From NCBI GenBank assembly GCA_964607485.1, contig CAZSKP010000028.1, forward strand, positions 1-38,076: 38,076 bases of DNA, written 5' to 3'. Source of the DNA: an uncultured bacterium (GTDB taxonomy: Bacteria > Abyssobacteria > SURF-5). Below are positions 1 to 9,873 of this stretch, piece by piece (the stretch's first letter is position 1; each line of letters opens with the position of its first letter). Under the pieces are notes generated by a model that was given only the letters and a program-made list of their open reading frames with translations, ran no database searches and was not told the origin of the DNA. The position numbers and the translations under genes were made by a program.

Positions 1-128
1 CCCTCCCCCCGCGCCGGCAACACCGTCAGCCCACCGACGCTACAGACTTTGACGCCGGCCCTCGCGAGACCTCCTCGTGTCACCGTAACTGCTTTCTCGG
101 AAACGTGTTCCGAGCATCTGCACCAATC

Positions 129-144
129 TGGCACAAACATTGAA
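129..144 (+). promoter_or_regulatory. Putative sigma-54 (-24/-12) promoter for the signalling cluster
   Basis: TGGCAC-aaaca-TTGAA versus consensus TGGCAC-N5-TTGCW. Spacing is correct, with one mismatch (GC->GA) at -12; about 75 nt upstream of ATG 220. Confidence 0.5.
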
Positions 145-219
145 TTAGTCGAACGAACGAAAACTTCCAAGTGCGCAAAAACCAAGATAAGGGACGCCGA
201 CGTGCGAAATAGAAGAACA

Positions 220-618
220 ATGGCTGAAAACGGTAACGACTGGATCATCCTGGCCGCCCCGGACAACCAGGACCTCATCGCGGCCGCGGCGGCTATCGAG
301 CAGATGAACGTTTCTCTACAGGTGGTAAGAAACATGAAACAACTAAAGAATACCCTGTCGGGACCTCGCAACACGCTCGGAATAATCGTGGGGCGAGAAT
401 TTTTGGGGAAAGACGCCCCGAGAACGCTCGGAACGATTAAGAGTGTTCACCCCGACTTGCCGATCATCCTTGCAGTCTCTGAAACGAGCACGGCCTTCGA
501 ACGGTCCATGAGGCAAATCGGAATCTTCTACTACCTGCTGTCGCCCTACGACCGGGAGGAGTTTCTGAACGTAATCCATGCCCTCTATTCTCACAAGGCA
601 AAGGAAAACGATGTCTGA
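220..618 (+). CDS. Degenerate (pseudo-)receiver domain protein
   Basis: Receiver-like pattern (IKSVHPDLPIILAVS...GIFYYLLSPYDREE), but the phospho-acceptor position reads LGIIVGREF and KP is replaced by SP. ATG 220 preferred over TTG 49, which would span the promoter. Confidence 0.7.
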   Translation: MAENGNDWIILAAPDNQDLIAAAAAIEQMNVSLQVVRNMKQLKNTLSGPRNTLGIIVGREFLGKDAPRTLGTIKSVHPDLPIILAVSETSTAFERSMRQIGIFYYLLSPYDREEFLNVIHALYSHKAKENDV

Positions 619-2538
619 ACGACTGCTTCCGGTTCAACGGATAGACTAAGGAGAATACGGAATGTGCCCGACTCAATGCCCCAAAGTCCTAGTGGTTGAC
701 GACGAGGAAATCATCCGGTCGCTATTTCGGAAAACGTTTAACGGAATGGACGTTGAATTCTCGGAGGCCTCAGACGGAGCCAAGGCAATGGAGATAATCG
801 AAAGAGAGGATTTCGACCTCGTCATCACGGATGTGCGTATGCCAGAAGTCAACGGCGTGGATTTGCTGCGAAGAGTCAAGATGAAAGCGCCCCTGACCGA
901 AGTGATAGTGATAACGGGATACGCAAACGAAAGCGCGGCAATCGAGGCGGTCCGGCTGGGGGCCTACGATTTCATCAAGAAACCCTTCGACAGCGTGCAA
1001 AAAGTCACTCGGGTGGCCCAAAACGCTCTCGAAAAACAACGGCTCGAAAGAAAAAACCGCGACCTCGTCGCCGACCTGAGAAGAAAGGTGTTCGAGCTTC
1101 AGGTGCTCTACGACTTGAGCGACAAGCTCACGGAGGTGTCGGGCTTTTCGCAGATGGCCTTCCTCATGCTCGATTCGCTCGACAAGCTGGCGCCCTACAA
1201 GGCGGCCGCCATTATTCTGTTCGGAAAAGACGAAATCGCCGGAGTGCTGCAAGCCACGCGCGAGCTTTCCGAGGAGGAACTGGCTTCTATCAAAGCCGCT
1301 CTGAATGAAAGGTTGCACGATTTGACCAACTCCACGCTTGGCATCGAAAACGTTCACATGGAAGTGCGCGTTTCGCAAAAGGCACACGAAAGCGCCTCGC
1401 CGCTCGACCCGGCCGGGGGAATAGTCATCCCGCTCAACAAATCCAAGGACGTGATCGGGTTCCTCTGGATACTCGGGGAGACCGACGACAATTTCGGCCC
1501 CGATGAGAAGACTACCCTGGAGTTGCTTGCAGAGCGTATGACGAAGAACACAAGCCGACTGTGCGAGGAAAGGATGAAACAGGAATCGGCCAAGCAGGTC
1601 TTGCTCTCAGCCAACAGGCTCCTCGATGCGCAGAACGACGAGCTAAAAAAAATGAACAGTGAACTCACGCGCGCCAACAAGGAACTCGAAGAGGCCAACA
1701 AGGAAATTAAGATGGCCCACGCCAAGTTGTTGCAGCAGGAAAAGATGGCCTCGATCGGAATGCTCGCAGCCGGCGTCGCACACGAAATAAATAATCCCAT
1801 CGGCTACATTCACAGCAATATGGGGACTCTCGTGAAGTACGTCGATAAGATTTCGCAGATGTTCAAGGCATACGAAGAGGTCCTCAGCGAGATGCCCGCT
1901 TCATCGGATGAGCATTGCAGGATGGTAAGGGAAGAGCTGGAGAAGAAAAGGGAGGAGCTGCGAATACCTTACGTCATTGAAGACCTCGCCAACCTGGCGC
2001 GCGAGTCGTCTGAAGGCACGGTCAGAGTCAAGAAAATCGTGGCCGACTTGAAGAACTTTTCGCATGCCGATGACAACAAGGAAACCGAGGCCGACGTCAA
2101 CGAGCTGTTGGAAACAACCCTCAACATCGTGTGGAACGAGCTCAAGTACAAGACCGAGGTCGTCAAGAACTACGGAGAGCTGCCCCTCATCCGATGCTAT
2201 CCGATGCAGTTGAACCAGGTCTTCATGAACCTCCTCATAAACGCCGCCCAGGCCATCGAAGAACAGGGGAAAATAATCATAACCACCAGGCTGGACGGAG
2301 AAAACGTCACGGTTTCGATAGCGGACAACGGATGCGGCATATCCGAGGAAAACATCAAGCGAATCTTCGACCCGTTCTTCACGACAAAACCCTTGGGCGA
2401 GGGAACCGGCCTGGGCCTGAGCGTCGTTTACGACATTATCCAGAGGCACAGAGGCAAAATCGACATCAAGAGCGAGGTTGGCGCCGGAACGGAGTTCACG
2501 TTGAGCATGCCCATCGCGAGGAACGGCGATGTCTGAAC
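609..2538 (+). repeat. 12-bp direct repeat CGATGTCTGAAC (609-620 and 2527-2538) bracketing the first kinase gene
   Basis: Identical 12-mers read directly from the sequence; each copy contains a stop codon (TGA) and an overlapping ATG. Confidence 0.75.
662..2536 (+). CDS. Hybrid sensor histidine kinase: REC - GAF-like - coiled coil - HisKA/HATPase_c (NtrB-like)
   Basis: Receiver [19 protein letters not shown]-box [11 protein letters not shown]-box [42 protein letters not shown]. Confidence 0.95.
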   Translation: MCPTQCPKVLVVDDEEIIRSLFRKTFNGMDVEFSEASDGAKAMEIIEREDFDLVITDVRMPEVNGVDLLRRVKMKAPLTEVIVITGYANESAAIEAVRLGAYDFIKKPFDSVQKVTRVAQNALEKQRLERKNRDLVADLRRKVFELQVLYDLSDKLTEVSGFSQMAFLMLDSLDKLAPYKAAAIILFGKDEIAGVLQATRELSEEELASIKAALNERLHDLTNSTLGIENVHMEVRVSQKAHESASPLDPAGGIVIPLNKSKDVIGFLWILGETDDNFGPDEKTTLELLAERMTKNTSRLCEERMKQESAKQVLLSANRLLDAQNDELKKMNSELTRANKELEEANKEIKMAHAKLLQQEKMASIGMLAAGVAHEINNPIGYIHSNMGTLVKYVDKISQMFKAYEEVLSEMPASSDEHCRMVREELEKKREELRIPYVIEDLANLARESSEGTVRVKKIVADLKNFSHADDNKETEADVNELLETTLNIVWNELKYKTEVVKNYGELPLIRCYPMQLNQVFMNLLINAAQAIEEQGKIIITTRLDGENVTVSIADNGCGISEENIKRIFDPFFTTKPLGEGTGLGLSVVYDIIQRHRGKIDIKSEVGAGTEFTLSMPIARNGDV

Positions 2539-3404
2539 ACAGAGTTCTGCTGGTTGACGATGAAGCCAATGTCCTGCGGGCTCTAAAGAGGACGCTCGCC
2601 GACGAAGACTACGCACTCGAGACATCTCTGAGCGGTCAGGACGGTCTGAAGCTGTTGAACGAGGGACACTTCACGGTCATCATATCCGACCAGCGCATGC
2701 CGGTCATGACCGGTGTGGAGTTCCTGAAAGAAGTCAAACGGCTGAGCCCCGAAACGGTACGCATCATCCTCAGCGGATACGTCGAGGTGAATTCGATACT
2801 CGATGCGATAAACGAGGGCGAGGTTTTCCGGTTCGTTCACAAACCATGGAACGACGAGGAACTGAAGACGGTCATACGGCAGTCGATAAAGCACTATGAG
2901 CTCGTCGAAGAGAACAGAAAACTGCAGGAGCAAATCGAAAAGAAGAATCAAGAGCTCGAAAAATGGGCCAGCGAATTGGAGGAGCGTGTGGCCGAGCGGA
3001 CGAGGGAACTAAAGCTGAGCAATAAGGTCCTTTGCCTGGCGCAGGACATTCTCGAGGGCCTGCCGATCGCTGTGATCGGGATCGGGAAGGACGGCATCAT
3101 AGCTCTTACGAACGCCGAAGCAAACAGGCTCTTCGGCGGCGCCGCTCTCCTACTCGGGCATGCTTTCGACGAGAGTCTGCCCGAAGGGCTGCCGGCGCTC
3201 GTGAGAAATGTGCTCGCGTCGGGTCAGCCCATGGAAATACCCAAGTACCGCGCCGGATCAAACCAGTTGCGCGTTCTCTGCCAGTATGTTTGCGGATTCG
3301 CCGGCACGGACGAAAGGGTCGTTCTGCTGGCGGAAGAGCTGGATAAGAACAGGATGACGGTGATCAGAGAAAATGAATGCAAAGCTGCGCGGCAAAACGG
3401 ATGA
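2529..3404 (+). CDS. Response regulator: REC - coiled coil - PAS-like domain
   Basis: LVDDE/IISDQRMP/FVHKPW; LEERVAERTREL helix; PAS-like ILEGLPIAVIGIGKDGIIALTNAEANRLFG. Confidence 0.9.
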   Translation: MSEHRVLLVDDEANVLRALKRTLADEDYALETSLSGQDGLKLLNEGHFTVIISDQRMPVMTGVEFLKEVKRLSPETVRIILSGYVEVNSILDAINEGEVFRFVHKPWNDEELKTVIRQSIKHYELVEENRKLQEQIEKKNQELEKWASELEERVAERTRELKLSNKVLCLAQDILEGLPIAVIGIGKDGIIALTNAEANRLFGGAALLLGHAFDESLPEGLPALVRNVLASGQPMEIPKYRAGSNQLRVLCQYVCGFAGTDERVVLLAEELDKNRMTVIRENECKAARQNG

Positions 3405-4758
3405 GAACGACCAGCCGTCACTGATGTGCGTGGACGACGAGGCGAATGTCCTTCATTCGCTCCAACGGATATTCGAGGCCGAGGGCTACCACGTTCTTCT
3501 CGCCTCCGGTGGCGAGGAGGCGCTTTCCGTATTCCAGCGTGAGAAAGTGGCCGTGCTGCTGACCGACCTGAAGATGCCCGGCATGTCGGGCCTCGAACTT
3601 CTGAAACACGTGAAGAACAAATCACCCGACACTGTTCGAATGATTCTCACGGCCCGAGCCGACCTCGACTCGACGATAGGCGCGATAAACGACCTCGAGG
3701 TCTTTCGTTTTATCGTAAAGCCGTGGAGCGCAGACCTGAGAGCTTCGGTCAGGCAGGCGTTCAACCATTACAAGCTTTGCGCTGAGAACCGGAACCTGAC
3801 GAAACTCACCATGAAACAAAACCGAGCCTTAAAGGAATGGACCGAAAAGCTGGCGCTGGAGGTAAAGAGACAAACCCGTTCCATAACCCAAAAGAACGAG
3901 GAGCTTGAACAACTGTATCGGCAATTGGAGGGCAACTTCGTCGACACGATCAAGACGTTCGCTGCGCTGCTCGACATGCGCGACGCCGAAACGTGCAGCC
4001 ATTCCCGAAGGGTGACACAGGCCAGCCGCTTCATAGCGAACCAGCTTGGCATAACGGGCGAAGAATTGCGAACGATAGAAATCGCGGCCATGCTCCACGA
4101 CGTGGGCAAGATAGGAATTCCCGACAGCATATTAAAAAAGCCGCCGAAGATGCTCAGCCGGATGGAAAAGGAAATATTGCAGAGACACCCCGTGTTGGGC
4201 CAGAACTGCGTCCACAGCATTACAAGACTCTCCGACGCGGGCATACTGATCCGTCACCACCACGAGAACTTCGGGGGCGGCGGCTATCCGGACAGAATCT
4301 CCGGAGAAGCCATCCCGTTCGGCGCTCGAATCATCGCCGCCGCGAACGCCTTCGACAGATTCCTTCATCCGCAGGCGACCTCTCAGGAGCTTCACGCCAG
4401 AGACGGGCTGAAGTTGCTCCGTTCGCAGGTGGGCTCGCTGTTCGACCCGAAAGTGGTCAACGCGCTTGCCCCCTATGCCGAAGAAAAATCGAAGAAGGCG
4501 TCCGGCTCGGTGGAAACCGCTATTCCAGTCAAAGAGCTGAAGGAAGGAATGGTGCTCGCAAAAAACATGATCACCGCCGGCGGCATCCTGCTCATCGCAA
4601 GGGGCGAAACGCTCTCACAGGTTTATGTCGAGAAGATAAAGAACTACGCTCGGCTCGACCCCTCCATGTCAACCGCATACATCTATCAAGAAGAGGAAAC
4701 TCCCGGCCACGGTCACGAGGAGCAAGCACCCCTGCTGGAGGTTGGAAGGGATGGCTAG
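3373..4758 (+). CDS. REC-HD-GYP (RpfG-like) cyclic di-GMP phosphodiesterase family regulator
   Basis: Receiver CVDDE/LLTDLKMP/IVKPW; RDAETCSHSRRV, LHDVGKIG, HHHENFGGGGYP, IPFGARII; C-terminal ELKEGMVLAKN subdomain. Confidence 0.92.
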   Translation: MNAKLRGKTDENDQPSLMCVDDEANVLHSLQRIFEAEGYHVLLASGGEEALSVFQREKVAVLLTDLKMPGMSGLELLKHVKNKSPDTVRMILTARADLDSTIGAINDLEVFRFIVKPWSADLRASVRQAFNHYKLCAENRNLTKLTMKQNRALKEWTEKLALEVKRQTRSITQKNEELEQLYRQLEGNFVDTIKTFAALLDMRDAETCSHSRRVTQASRFIANQLGITGEELRTIEIAAMLHDVGKIGIPDSILKKPPKMLSRMEKEILQRHPVLGQNCVHSITRLSDAGILIRHHHENFGGGGYPDRISGEAIPFGARIIAAANAFDRFLHPQATSQELHARDGLKLLRSQVGSLFDPKVVNALAPYAEEKSKKASGSVETAIPVKELKEGMVLAKNMITAGGILLIARGETLSQVYVEKIKNYARLDPSMSTAYIYQEEETPGHGHEEQAPLLEVGRDG

Positions 4759-5293
4759 ACATAGAATTCTCATCGTGGACGACGACGAGGGCGTCCGCGC
4801 GGCTGTGAAGAGGATACTCGCGAGCGAGACACACATCGTCCTCGAAGCCGACAGCCCCAAGACGGCCCTGTCCGTGCTCGCCGACAATCCCGTGAGCGTC
4901 ATCATATCCGACGAACGGATGCCCGGATGTTCGGGCCTCGACTTCATGAGAATCGTCAAGAAAAAGTATCCACACGTGACTCGCATCATGCTGACCGCCC
5001 ACGCAGACACCCAGACGGTAATCGAGGCCGTCAACGGCGGGGAAATTTTCCGTTTCTTCACAAAACCGTGGGACGATGTCGAGGTGGTGGCCGCCGTTCG
5101 ACAAGCGATCGTCGCGGCCGAGGAGACGCAACTGGAGTGCGACATCCTGGCCAGCCTGAGGGAGCGCGACGATGACACAAAGGAACTCGAAGGCCAATTC
5201 CCGGGGATTACGAGGGTGGCAAAGGACCCCGACGGTCGCGTGATTATAGAAAACGATGGCCCAAACGAGTTGAAACCGGAGGGAGGAAGTTGA
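4751..5293 (+). CDS. Response regulator receiver protein with short C-terminal extension
   Basis: IVDDDE/IISDERMP/FFTKPW; ATG 4751 follows GGAAGGG and overlaps the upstream stop. Confidence 0.9.
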   Translation: MARHRILIVDDDEGVRAAVKRILASETHIVLEADSPKTALSVLADNPVSVIISDERMPGCSGLDFMRIVKKKYPHVTRIMLTAHADTQTVIEAVNGGEIFRFFTKPWDDVEVVAAVRQAIVAAEETQLECDILASLRERDDDTKELEGQFPGITRVAKDPDGRVIIENDGPNELKPEGGS

Positions 5294-5297
5294 GAAA

Positions 5298-5735
5298 ATG
5301 AAACCAGGAACCGTCCTCGTCGTTGACGACGACACAAACGTCCGAAGGGCCTTGAGACGGGTGCTCTCGCCCAGGATCGCGACGGTACTCCTCGCCGAAG
5401 ATGCGGACGCGGCGGAACAGATGATGAGTCAGCATTCCGTCGACGTCGCAATCATCGACGAGAAGATGCCCGGCCGCACCGGTCTCGAATTCCTGTCCGT
5501 CGTTCGGGAGAAGCATCCGGACACGCGATGCATACTCCTGACCGGCTGGGCGCCTTACCACAAGATGGTGGCAGCGCTCAGGGACGGGAGAATCTGTACG
5601 TTTCTCCGAAAACCGTGGGATGACGCAGAATTGATAGCCCGCGTGGAAAAACTGATGGACGCGGCGAAGGCTCAAGACGTCATCAATCTGCGGAGTATGA
5701 ATGCAGATGGAAACGACCGCCGACACGCATCCTAG
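5298..5735 (+). CDS. Single-domain response regulator receiver protein
   Basis: VVDDD/AIIDEKMP/LLTG/FLRKPW; RBS GGAGG upstream. Confidence 0.9.
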   Translation: MKPGTVLVVDDDTNVRRALRRVLSPRIATVLLAEDADAAEQMMSQHSVDVAIIDEKMPGRTGLEFLSVVREKHPDTRCILLTGWAPYHKMVAALRDGRICTFLRKPWDDAELIARVEKLMDAAKAQDVINLRSMNADGNDRRHAS

Positions 5736-7386
5736 GCCGAACGCGGCCAATATACTCGTGGTCGACGACGAACCGTGGGTTGTCACGGCGCTGAAAAGGG
5801 TGCTCGAAGAAAACCAGTTTGCCGTCAAACACTCCCATTGCGCCGAACAGGCCCTCAGCATGTTCGACGACGAGCGCTTCGACGCGGTCATATCCGACTA
5901 CCGGATGAAAGGCATGACGGGAGTGCAACTGCTGGCAAGAGTCGCTTCCATCAGCCCTACCACTTCCAGGATATTGCTCACCGCATATGCCGAGGTCGGT
6001 GTCGCCGCCTCGGCGATAAACGAGGGGAAGGTCCACGGTTTTCTGGCCAAGCCGTGGGACGAGGAGACCCTCGTGTTGACCATCAAACAAACGCTCGAAC
6101 GGCAGAAACTCTTCATCGAGAACGTGCAGCTCCGCGACGCACTGCTCCTGCAGAAGCTTTCCGCCGCAATGAATCCGGCCGCAAACCCGAAGCAGGTGAT
6201 AGAACATTCGCTGAACTTTCTTGCGGACCAATTTGATTTCTGCGTCGGCTGCGCATATCTGACGGGGCTCGCGGACGACGCGCTTGAGAAGGTGGCGGAA
6301 GTAAGAATCCACAAGGAACTGGTCGACCCCTCCCGACTGAACATTCAGCCGGAAACGATTCTCGATGTCGTCCTCGCGCAGCGCACACCCCAGATCAGGC
6401 TTGTTCTCAACGGCCACGAACCGCAGGCTTCCGGCCATTCGCCCGCCATCGAGACGGCGATACCGCTGTTTCGCAACAACAAGATTATGGGCGCGCTATA
6501 TTTTCTGCAAATGGACGCCTCCACCCCTTTGGTCGGAACGAAGGTGGAACTCCTGAAGGCGATCGGATGTTACATCGGGATGGCGCTCGAAACCGCCATG
6601 CACCGCGAGCGCGCAATCGAGCAGGACAAGATGGCCGCAATCGGTCGCGCCATGGCATGCCTTTCACACGACATAAGGAACATTCTTACGCAAATCCAGG
6701 GAGGAAGCGACCTGCTCCGACTGGGAACGAACCGTGAAGAAAACCCTGCGTTTCCCAGGGCAAACGAGATCATTGCAAAGGCCACTCACCACCTGTCCGA
6801 TCTCGTTGTGGAGATGCTCGAATTTGCCAAGCCGCAACAGCCGGCATTTACGCCGTGCAACCTCGTGGAGTTGCTCGAAGAGGTATGGAAGGAAATACGA
6901 GAGGTCTCGGCAGGCAAGCCGGTCGAGGTGGCACTCAAGAGCCACACGCAAACGATTCCTGTGAACCTTGATAGGGCGCGCTTCTATCGGTGCCTTCTCA
7001 ATATAGCGCTCAACGGGCTCGAAGCCATGGAGGGAGCCGGAAAGTTGTCGCTGGAGACTCACGAGGTCGACCGGCCGCCGTCGATGAGCCTCTCAGGATG
7101 CGACGCCGCGGGGGTTGCTCGGAAGGCCCTGCAGATTTCAATCGCGGACACCGGTCCCGGAATTCCACCCGAAGCGCGGGATAAGATATTCACGCCATTC
7201 TTTACCACGAAAAAAGCCAAGGGGACCGGCCTGGGACTGGCCATCGCAAAGCAGATAGCGGAAGAACACGGGGGGCTGATTCACGTCAGCTCCGAACCGT
7301 CAAAAGGCACGACCTTCAGGATATTTCTGCCCCTGGCCGACACCGGCGCCAAGCACGATTCCCTTCCGCCGCCGCCGCATGCCTGA
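5701..7386 (+). CDS. Hybrid sensor histidine kinase: REC - GAF-like - HisKA/HATPase_c
   Basis: VVDDE/VISDYRM/FLAKPW; H-box LSHDIRNIL; LLNIALNGLEAM, DTGPGI, FTPFFTTK, GTGLGL. Start may be 5707. Confidence 0.92.
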   Translation: MQMETTADTHPRPNAANILVVDDEPWVVTALKRVLEENQFAVKHSHCAEQALSMFDDERFDAVISDYRMKGMTGVQLLARVASISPTTSRILLTAYAEVGVAASAINEGKVHGFLAKPWDEETLVLTIKQTLERQKLFIENVQLRDALLLQKLSAAMNPAANPKQVIEHSLNFLADQFDFCVGCAYLTGLADDALEKVAEVRIHKELVDPSRLNIQPETILDVVLAQRTPQIRLVLNGHEPQASGHSPAIETAIPLFRNNKIMGALYFLQMDASTPLVGTKVELLKAIGCYIGMALETAMHRERAIEQDKMAAIGRAMACLSHDIRNILTQIQGGSDLLRLGTNREENPAFPRANEIIAKATHHLSDLVVEMLEFAKPQQPAFTPCNLVELLEEVWKEIREVSAGKPVEVALKSHTQTIPVNLDRARFYRCLLNIALNGLEAMEGAGKLSLETHEVDRPPSMSLSGCDAAGVARKALQISIADTGPGIPPEARDKIFTPFFTTKKAKGTGLGLAIAKQIAEEHGGLIHVSSEPSKGTTFRIFLPLADTGAKHDSLPPPPHA

Positions 7387-7395
7387 CGCGTCATC

Positions 7396-8472
7396 TCACA
7401 CAAATTTTCCCCTGGCAGAGATGGGCCAAACGGCCTCGACGTGGTCGCCGCGCACGGCGTAAAAATTGTCGTGCAGATTGATGGTGGTGCAGCAGTGACT
7501 GGGGATGAGCTCAACCTTCTGGCCGACCTTGAGGTCGGCGTCTTCTATGTACAGGTGGCCGTGCTCCTCCGAGAGGAAGGAGACAAAGGCGCCGTCAACG
7601 CCCACGAGCTCCGGCATGCCGAACTCGAAGGTCATCGCCTTCATGCCCGCGTCGATTATCGCGGTCTCTTCGTCCGGCCGGCTGGTGACCGTCGAGAGAA
7701 GCGTGAGCGCGCACTCGAAATCCTGCAGCACGCCGCGATACTTCGAATCCATCAGAATGTATGAGCCCGCCTGAACTTCGGTAACGCCCGGAAATGCGCC
7801 GGCAACATCGTAGGTGCCCGTTCCGCCTGCGCTCACAATTTTCACTTCGATACCGTTTTTTTCGAGTGTCTCTTTGACATTGGTCAACACGGTCATCGAG
7901 TCGATGCAGGCCTGCCGCCGGTCCTCACGGTCGGGGATCATTACCGCGTGGCCCTCATAGCCCATAATGCCCTGGAAATTGAGCCCGGGACTGTCGAGGA
8001 CCATCCGGGCGAGCGACAGCGCCTCTTCCGCGCTCTTCACGCCGCACCGGTGCATTCCCACATCCACCTCTATGAGAATGCGAAGAGCCGCGCCTGCGTC
8101 TTTCATGGCCCATGAAAGCTCCGCCGCGTTCTGCGCCGATTCGACCGCGACCATCACGTCGCAATGGCGCGCAAGCTCAGCCAGCCGCGCGACCTTTTGA
8201 GCGCCCACAATCTGGTTTGCAATCAGGATATCCCTCACTCCCGCCTCGGCCATTACCTCGGCCTCGCCCAACTTCGCGCACGTTATGCCCTCAGCGCCGG
8301 CCTGGAGCTGCTTGTGCGCCAGCACGGGGCACTTATGAGTTTTCGTGTGAGGCCGCACATTGCAGGGGCGGTCGCGGAAAAACTTGGCCATCTTCTCTAT
8401 GTTGCGCTCCATCTTATCCAAATCAATCAGGAGCGCGGGTGTGTCTATGTCAAATTTGTGGGTACTCTGCAT
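7396..8472 (-). CDS. DSD1-family PLP-dependent enzyme (D-threonine aldolase / D-serine dehydratase-like, fold type III)
   Basis: DTPALLIDL, RPHTKTHK (PLP lysine), GMHRCGV, MGYEGH, SAGGTGT, EVQAGSY, SEEHG, PSHCC. Confidence 0.9.
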   Translation of the reverse strand: MQSTHKFDIDTPALLIDLDKMERNIEKMAKFFRDRPCNVRPHTKTHKCPVLAHKQLQAGAEGITCAKLGEAEVMAEAGVRDILIANQIVGAQKVARLAELARHCDVMVAVESAQNAAELSWAMKDAGAALRILIEVDVGMHRCGVKSAEEALSLARMVLDSPGLNFQGIMGYEGHAVMIPDREDRRQACIDSMTVLTNVKETLEKNGIEVKIVSAGGTGTYDVAGAFPGVTEVQAGSYILMDSKYRGVLQDFECALTLLSTVTSRPDEETAIIDAGMKAMTFEFGMPELVGVDGAFVSFLSEEHGHLYIEDADLKVGQKVELIPSHCCTTINLHDNFYAVRGDHVEAVWPISARGKFV

Positions 8473-8528
8473 TCAGTTCTCCCGTTTGCCTGAACCTTGT
8501 CCGGAGTAAGATTTTCGGCCGAGCGCGT

Positions 8529-8930
8529 TCATGCGCTTCCGACCTTTTCCTTGATGAACTTAATCGGCTCCTCGAGGCGGCTTCCCGTGGGAAACACTTC
8601 GGCGACGCCCATCTCTTTGAGCTTCGGAATGTCTTTCGTGAGGATCGTTCCGCCGACGAGTACCATCTTGTCGCCCGCCTTCTGCTCCTTGAGTCTCGCT
8701 ATGATCTTCTGGGTCAATCCCATGTGAGCGCCGGAAAGAACGCTCAAACCGATCACGTCCACGTCCTCTTGAAGAGCGGCCGCGACGATCTGCTCGGGCG
8801 TCTGCCGCAAGCCCGTGTAGATGACTTCCATTCCGGCGTCGCGAAGCGCTCGGGCGATCACCTTCGCGCCGCGGTCATGTCCGTCAAGACCAGGCTTGGC
8901 CACCAGCACTCGAATCTTCTTCTCGGGCAT
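8529..8930 (-). CDS. Cobalamin-binding small subunit of a methylmalonyl-CoA-mutase-like acyl-CoA mutase
   Basis: [12 protein letters not shown] (DxHxxG), [22 protein letters not shown] at 8941-8946 supports ATG 8930. Confidence 0.93.
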   Translation of the reverse strand: MPEKKIRVLVAKPGLDGHDRGAKVIARALRDAGMEVIYTGLRQTPEQIVAAALQEDVDVIGLSVLSGAHMGLTQKIIARLKEQKAGDKMVLVGGTILTKDIPKLKEMGVAEVFPTGSRLEEPIKFIKEKVGSA

Positions 8931-9021
8931 ATCTTCACGTCCTCCTAAGTAAGTGATGCCGCGCGAATATCGACCATCTGAATATACCAAAACGTCACTG
9001 TGAATGCACTCTTCACATCGC

Positions 9022-9873
9022 TCAATCGCCTAATCTGCGTCGAACCACTTCGGTCAGCTTGGGAACCAGTTCGCCGGTCGGCCCCTGGAGGAAAACGTCC
9101 GCAAGATGCGTGAGCGCGGACTTCTTCGGGTTCACCTCGATTATGACCGCGCCCGCGTCGCGCGCGTAGTCGGGTAGCGACGCGGCCGGATACACGACGC
9201 CCGAAGTGCCGAGCACGAGCATCACGCGACAGCTTCTCGCTGCCTCGATAGATTGGGGCAAGTCCTGAACGGCCTCGCCGAATGCGACGAAATCCGGCCT
9301 GAACAGCCCGCCGCATTCGCAGCGTGGCATCAGCGAAAATATGTTGTGCGTGCCCTTTCGCCTCATCTCGGCGATCAGCTCGGCGAACTGGTCGAGGAAC
9401 ATCTGCCGCTCGCGGGTAACCTTCATGCCGCAGCCAAGACACCTGAGCCTGTACACACTCCCGTGCAATTCATACACCGTCTTGCTTCCGGCCTCACGAT
9501 GAAGGTTGTCGATATTCTGCGTGATGACCGACACAACCAGCCCGAGCCTCTCGAGCTCGGCAAGCGCAATGTGGCCCGGATTCGGTCTCGCTTTGCGGAA
9601 CGTATCGAGAAGCTCCTCAAGTATGTCGGGCGCCCTTCGCGTGTATGTGGAAATGACGCCCATGATTCCGCCGGTGGCGCCCGGCTCAAAGCGGTCCCAC
9701 AATCCACCCGGGTCGCGGAACGTGGGTATTCCGCTCTCCTTCGACACGCCCGCGCCCGAGAACGCCACGACGCGCCCCCGCTCGACAATTATCTCGGCGG
9801 CCTTCTCGATGGCCTTCTGCACGTCGCGCTCCAATTTCCCCTCAGGGTTTCCTCGGTCAGACCACGCCCTCAT
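9022..9873 (-). CDS. cobB: NAD-dependent protein deacylase (sirtuin/CobB family)
   Basis: [27 protein letters not shown], zinc sites [20 protein letters not shown]. True start may be TTG 9834. Confidence 0.88.
   Translation of the reverse strand: MRAWSDRGNPEGKLERDVQKAIEKAAEIIVERGRVVAFSGAGVSKESGIPTFRDPGGLWDRFEPGATGGIMGVISTYTRRAPDILEELLDTFRKARPNPGHIALAELERLGLVVSVITQNIDNLHREAGSKTVYELHGSVYRLRCLGCGMKVTRERQMFLDQFAELIAEMRRKGTHNIFSLMPRCECGGLFRPDFVAFGEAVQDLPQSIEAARSCRVMLVLGTSGVVYPAASLPDYARDAGAVIIEVNPKKSALTHLADVFLQGPTGELVPKLTEVVRRRLGD

Noticed and set aside
49..219. N-terminal extension of the first ORF from TTG 49
   Set aside because: Not receiver-like, no RBS, and it overlaps the putative promoter.
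9625..9660. YTRR in the sirtuin as the YxxR desuccinylase motif
   Set aside because: Counting back from PNxGH, the canonical position is occupied by LEEL, so the match is out of register.
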